This document shows positions 59,915 to 64,000 of a stretch of 64,000 nt of DNA, piece after piece. A program made the translations under genes and the position numbers. How positions within the stretch are numbered: position 1 is the stretch's first letter; every line of letters begins with the position of its first letter. The notes below the pieces were generated by a model. That model was not told where the DNA came from and did no database searches. It saw only the letters and a list, made by a program, of their open reading frames with translations. The stretch is from Nitrospirota bacterium (GTDB lineage: Bacteria > Nitrospirota > Thermodesulfovibrionia > Thermodesulfovibrionales > UBA9159), in the NCBI GenBank assembly GCA_963699545.1, contig CAVOUE010000009.1, positions 1 to 64,000 of the forward strand, in the 5' to 3' direction.

Positions 59915-61252
59915 CTATTCAATTCCATATGCCTTCATCTTTTCCCACAGAGTCTTTCTGCTTATACCGAGCATCTCTGCTGCCTTTGTTTTGTTACCTT
60001 GTGTGGTTTGCAGTACCATGATGATGTGGCCTTTCTCAGCATCAGCAGCGATATCGGAAAGGAAAAGGCTTTTTGCTTCTGGCGTATCAGTCCTGATATA
60101 AGAGGGCAGTGCATCCTTGCTGATCACATCAGACATAGAAAGGATTATGCACCGTTCTATGATATTCTCAAGTTCCCTCACATTTCCCGGGTAGTCATAG
60201 GCAAGAAGCATTTCAACAGCTTCGTTGGAAAAGCGGACATTCTTTGAGGTCCTCTTCCTGTATCTGTCCATGAACAACTCGACGAGAAGGGGGATATCCG
60301 CTCTCCTATCCCTTAATGGCGGAAGGGTCATTGGTATGACATTAAGACGGTAATACAGGTCTTCCCTGAAGCGTCCCGCTTTGACTTCTTCTTCCAGGTT
60401 TTTATTTGTCGCAGCGATAATCCTCACATCAACATTCAATGTTACGGTACCACCGATCCTTTCAAACTGCCTTTCCTGTATGACCCTTAAAATCTTAGCC
60501 TGAGTCGCAGGAGGAAGATCTCCAACCTCATCGAGAAAAATAGTGCCTCCGTTGGCGAGTTCAAATCTGCCGGGCTTTCTCCTCACTGCACCCGTAAATG
60601 CTCCGCGCTCATGTCCGAACAGCTCGCTCTCTATAAGTCCTTCAGGCAGGGCAGCACAATTGACCTTTAAAAGAGGCCGGTCTTTCCTTTTGCTCTGATA
60701 ATGGATCGTCGTGGCAACGAGCTCTTTGCCTGTTCCGCTCTCACCGAGGATGAGGACCGTCGCATCCGACACAGAGACCTTTTCAATCAGGGAAAATACC
60801 TTCTTCATCTCAGCGCTTTCACCGATAATGTTGGGAGCGCAGTAACACTTGTTTAGGTCTTTTTTAAGCCTTATGTTCTCCTCTTTCAGCCGTTTTATTT
60901 CGAGCGCACGCTCAACGAGCAAAAGGAATTCATCGAGCGCAAAAGGCTTGGTTATGTAATCGAAGGCCCCAAGTTTCATGGCTTCAACAGCGTCCTTTAT
61001 CGTACCGTAGGCGGTCATAACAATCACCGGAGCATCTTTTGTCCTGGTAATCTCCCGTACAATAGCGAATCCGTCCATATCAGGGAGTCTGACATCGGTC
61101 ACAGCGACATCAAAGAAATCACTCTTCATAGCCTGTAAGGCAGGGCCACCTGCCTCAAAAGACATAACTTCATATCCTGCACCTTTGAGGGCGTCTTCAA
61201 GGGTGACGCGCATAATCTTTTCATCTTCGATGAGCAGGACCGTTTCTTTCAT
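59915..61252 (-). CDS. Sigma54-dependent response regulator (NtrC family)
   Basis: Receiver domain, [14 protein letters not shown] and Fis-type HTH. Confidence 0.96.
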   Translation of the reverse strand: MKETVLLIEDEKIMRVTLEDALKGAGYEVMSFEAGGPALQAMKSDFFDVAVTDVRLPDMDGFAIVREITRTKDAPVIVMTAYGTIKDAVEAMKLGAFDYITKPFALDEFLLLVERALEIKRLKEENIRLKKDLNKCYCAPNIIGESAEMKKVFSLIEKVSVSDATVLILGESGTGKELVATTIHYQSKRKDRPLLKVNCAALPEGLIESELFGHERGAFTGAVRRKPGRFELANGGTIFLDEVGDLPPATQAKILRVIQERQFERIGGTVTLNVDVRIIAATNKNLEEEVKAGRFREDLYYRLNVIPMTLPPLRDRRADIPLLVELFMDRYRKRTSKNVRFSNEAVEMLLAYDYPGNVRELENIIERCIILSMSDVISKDALPSYIRTDTPEAKSLFLSDIAADAEKGHIIMVLQTTQGNKTKAAEMLGISRKTLWEKMKAYGIE

Positions 61253-62718
61253 ACCACCTGAGCCGAGGGGAAACGCAGAATGAATCTGCTGCCTTTCCCA
61301 ATGTCGCTTTCCACCGAAATTTCACCATTGTAGTTCCTGACTATCTCATAGGTCAACCAGAGCCCCAGCCCGGTGCCCTCACCGGTAGACTTTGTCGTGA
61401 AAAAAGGATCGAATATCTTGCTGATATTTTCCGCCTCGATGCCGCAACCGCTATCCACCACCTCGATTATCACCTTCGAATCTTCCTTGTATCCCCTGAC
61501 CTGAAGTAAACCGCCGTCCTTCATGGCATGAATGGCATTGATGAAGAGGTTCAGCAGCAACTGCTGGAAATCATGCACATCAAAGATGAAGCGCACATCC
61601 TCAGGAACCTCATTCCTGAAAGCAATCCTGCCCTTTTTCATCTTGTACTCAAGAAAGGAGTAGACACTGTCCACAGAGTTTCTGATGTTCATGTCAACAG
61701 GTGCATGCTCGGCCTTCCGTGACATCCATAACAGCTTGCTGACGGTATTTTCTATCTTGTCCAGTCCTTCGTTTACGAGTTCCAGATACTTCTCCCTGAG
61801 TTCAGGGTTGTCGCTGTTCTGCTTGAGCATCTGGAGACAGTTAAAGATGCCGCCGAGAGGATTGTTGATCTCATGCGCAACGCCGGCAGCAAGAATGCCG
61901 ACAGAGGCGAGTTTTTCGGATTGGACGAGCTTCTCATGTGTCTTCTTCAGTTCCTCATTTGCCTGCTTGATCCTCTCGATCATGCTGTTGAATCGCTCTC
62001 CCAGAACAGCAAGCTCATCATGCCCTTTTACGTCAACCCTGAGATCAAGATAGTCTCCCCTTGCCTGTTCCATCGTATTTGCAAGCTGTGTTATTGGACT
62101 GATGAACCGGCGACTTAACAGCAGAATGATTGCAAAGCCCGCTGCGAGGAGGGCAACAGTCAAGATCATGATTCTTTTGACGGTTGCCAGAATTTCATGC
62201 TCGGCCCTTTCGAGGGATATGCCGAATTTCAGCGTTCCCCAGCGTTTCTTGCCGATGGATAAAGGCACGCCGAAATCGAGGGCGTTATGGTCCTTACCCG
62301 CGAAATGCTGTATGACCGTGGTATCCGCCTTAAGGGCCTTTTGCGTCAATGGGTCAGAGTACAGTTTTCCATATTCGGTAATGTTGTTGTGGGATATCAC
62401 CTTGCCTTCTTCATCCAGGATTGCGATATAGAGAAGGTCGGCATCCTGTCTGTTATATATCTCGAGGATATAGTTATCAAGAAGCCCCCCCTCTTCCACA
62501 AGACCAAGCCTCTCGTAAATAAGGTCGTTGATGATCGGGATGGCAAGCGTTTCTCCAAGCAATTTCCCCTGCTTTTCAACTTCAGCATAAAGTATCTTCT
62601 TTTCACGTTCGACTGCAAGATATCCGACAATGCTCATGACCATGATTATTGCACAGGTTGTGATGAGAATAAACTTATACTGGAGCCCCAGCCTTGAAAC
62701 CAGTTTTACTCTACTCAT
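61249..62718 (-). CDS. HAMP-domain sensor histidine kinase
   Basis: Two TMs, HAMP domain, AHEINNPL and N/G boxes (DPFFTTK, GTGLGL). Confidence 0.95.
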   Translation of the reverse strand: MSRVKLVSRLGLQYKFILITTCAIIMVMSIVGYLAVEREKKILYAEVEKQGKLLGETLAIPIINDLIYERLGLVEEGGLLDNYILEIYNRQDADLLYIAILDEEGKVISHNNITEYGKLYSDPLTQKALKADTTVIQHFAGKDHNALDFGVPLSIGKKRWGTLKFGISLERAEHEILATVKRIMILTVALLAAGFAIILLLSRRFISPITQLANTMEQARGDYLDLRVDVKGHDELAVLGERFNSMIERIKQANEELKKTHEKLVQSEKLASVGILAAGVAHEINNPLGGIFNCLQMLKQNSDNPELREKYLELVNEGLDKIENTVSKLLWMSRKAEHAPVDMNIRNSVDSVYSFLEYKMKKGRIAFRNEVPEDVRFIFDVHDFQQLLLNLFINAIHAMKDGGLLQVRGYKEDSKVIIEVVDSGCGIEAENISKIFDPFFTTKSTGEGTGLGLWLTYEIVRNYNGEISVESDIGKGSRFILRFPSAQVV

Positions 62719-64000
62719 AGCTTTATCTTCGGGTGACAGCCCTTGCCGCAGGTCTGAGGTACTGCATTGATCTTCGAACGGATCTCACCGTAATCTTTGT
62801 CAGAGGCTTCAATAAAACCGTTCCTATATTCTTCATCAAGACGCTTTAATACGTTCTGTCTGTCTCTATTCTGAGAATTCAAGTCAAGAAGTGCCTTTTT
62901 AATATTCTCTATAACCGCATAGGGTGTCCCGGGTCCCGCAACGAGCGGCCCCGTGGGAATGGAAGCAGATTCGGCAATGGCCTCAATGCCTAACTTGGCA
63001 TATTTCTTTGCAACTGAGTCTCTTACAGCGCCGACAGTATACTGACCTTTCAGAATCGCCTTCACAACAGAATCGTGATAATCAAAATTGGCATACTCGG
63101 TCAGGTCGCTGAGATGTATCCCTGAGTTGGCAAGAAGATACCGTGGCATGAGATTGCCGGACGTGGACTTAGAGGAAGCAAAGGCAACACTTCTCCCTTT
63201 TAGATCGGAGATATCCCTCACAGGCGAATCCTTCTTTCTTATCATCACACTTTTGTAGGTCGCACTACCGTCTGCGCCTTTTGGCTTTAAGATGCTGATT
63301 GCGCCGAACTTTGCGTGAGCTTCCAGATACGTCAATGGGCCAAGAAGCGCCAGGTCCATCTCCCCATTGCCGAGGGCGTTTACCGTCTCCTCATAGTTCT
63401 TCTTCAGGACAAGCTCATAGGTGTATGGCGTCTCTGATGCGAGATAATCAAGGAGGGGCTGGTACTTTTCATACATGATTCTCGGATTATCCCTCGGGAT
63501 CACCCCGAAAGAGACGGTCTTCTTGTCCTTGATCTTCCCTGTACCTTTTGAGCTTTCAACGATGGCACGCTCCATCTCCCTTATCGTGTCATAGTTTTTG
63601 TCAGGCACCTCAACGAACCCATCGATCATCATGGCGGCAAGAATCTTCTTTCCTTTCGATGTTTTCTGCATGGAGAGAAAGGCATCCTTTACCTTTTTCC
63701 TGAGTTCCGGGTCAATGTCCCGCGTGACAACCACAGGAGGGATGCCATAGGGGGGAGAGCGTTTGATGATTTTTGTCTGTTTGGCATAAGGAGAACCTGT
63801 CTTCAGCATATGATCATAGACAATGCTTTCAACCGCTGCGCCGTCAACAATTTTCTTGGCGACCATCTCCACTGATTTGTTGTGGCTGTAGCTAAAAAGG
63901 AATCGGTTGAAAAATCTCTCTGGAGTGAATCCCATAGTCTTTAACAGGTAGGTCGGATAGAGTTTGCCGGTGTTGGATTTAGGGTCAGTGAATGCAAAGA
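62715..64000 (-). CDS. PhnD/AioX-like periplasmic oxyanion-binding protein with tandem domains; 5' end beyond the window
   Basis: The frame stays open to the window end (FAFTDPKSNTG). A second domain carries AFASSKSTSG. The C-terminus is CGKGCH. Confidence 0.85.
   Translation of the reverse strand, partial: FAFTDPKSNTGKLYPTYLLKTMGFTPERFFNRFLFSYSHNKSVEMVAKKIVDGAAVESIVYDHMLKTGSPYAKQTKIIKRSPPYGIPPVVVTRDIDPELRKKVKDAFLSMQKTSKGKKILAAMMIDGFVEVPDKNYDTIREMERAIVESSKGTGKIKDKKTVSFGVIPRDNPRIMYEKYQPLLDYLASETPYTYELVLKKNYEETVNALGNGEMDLALLGPLTYLEAHAKFGAISILKPKGADGSATYKSVMIRKKDSPVRDISDLKGRSVAFASSKSTSGNLMPRYLLANSGIHLSDLTEYANFDYHDSVVKAILKGQYTVGAVRDSVAKKYAKLGIEAIAESASIPTGPLVAGPGTPYAVIENIKKALLDLNSQNRDRQNVLKRLDEEYRNGFIEASDKDYGEIRSKINAVPQTCGKGCHPKIKL

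Overview
Bacterial sequence from an anaerobe; the gene style suggests Nitrospirota/Thermodesulfovibrionia or Desulfobacterota, which is my inference. It looks like a low-coverage long-read assembly: many genes carry single-base frameshifts, and bases 1-3834 are a noisy inverted (fold-back) copy of 3869-7863. The main finding is a ~19 kb minus-strand locus (about 3850-22937) that joins bacterial microcompartment (BMC) genes to a corrinoid/folate C1 module. The BMC genes are BMC-T(dp), BMC-H, BMC-P, PduT, PduS and an acylating aldehyde dehydrogenase with a probable encapsulation peptide. The C1 module has PanB, two MetF, an AcsE-like methyltransferase, four MtaA/CmuA-family methyltransferases, a corrinoid protein, a RamA-type activase, DUF1638, a divergent Fhs and Hcp. 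None of the usual metabolosome signature enzymes is visible. Upstream lie a GAF protein and a tRNA-Ser(GGA) cut off just after its anticodon loop, probably an island boundary. The rest of the window holds: a CCA-adding enzyme; a cAMP envelope-signalling cluster (phosphodiesterase, TPR beta-barrel, FecR, Fn3 lipoprotein, CHASE2 cyclase); a selenocysteine formate dehydrogenase with NuoE/NuoF-like subunits and a second Fhs; cell-wall and housekeeping genes; and a periplasmic Mo/W oxidoreductase operon with a triheme cytochrome c, an FmdE-ModE fusion and an XSR-type sigma54 sensing system.
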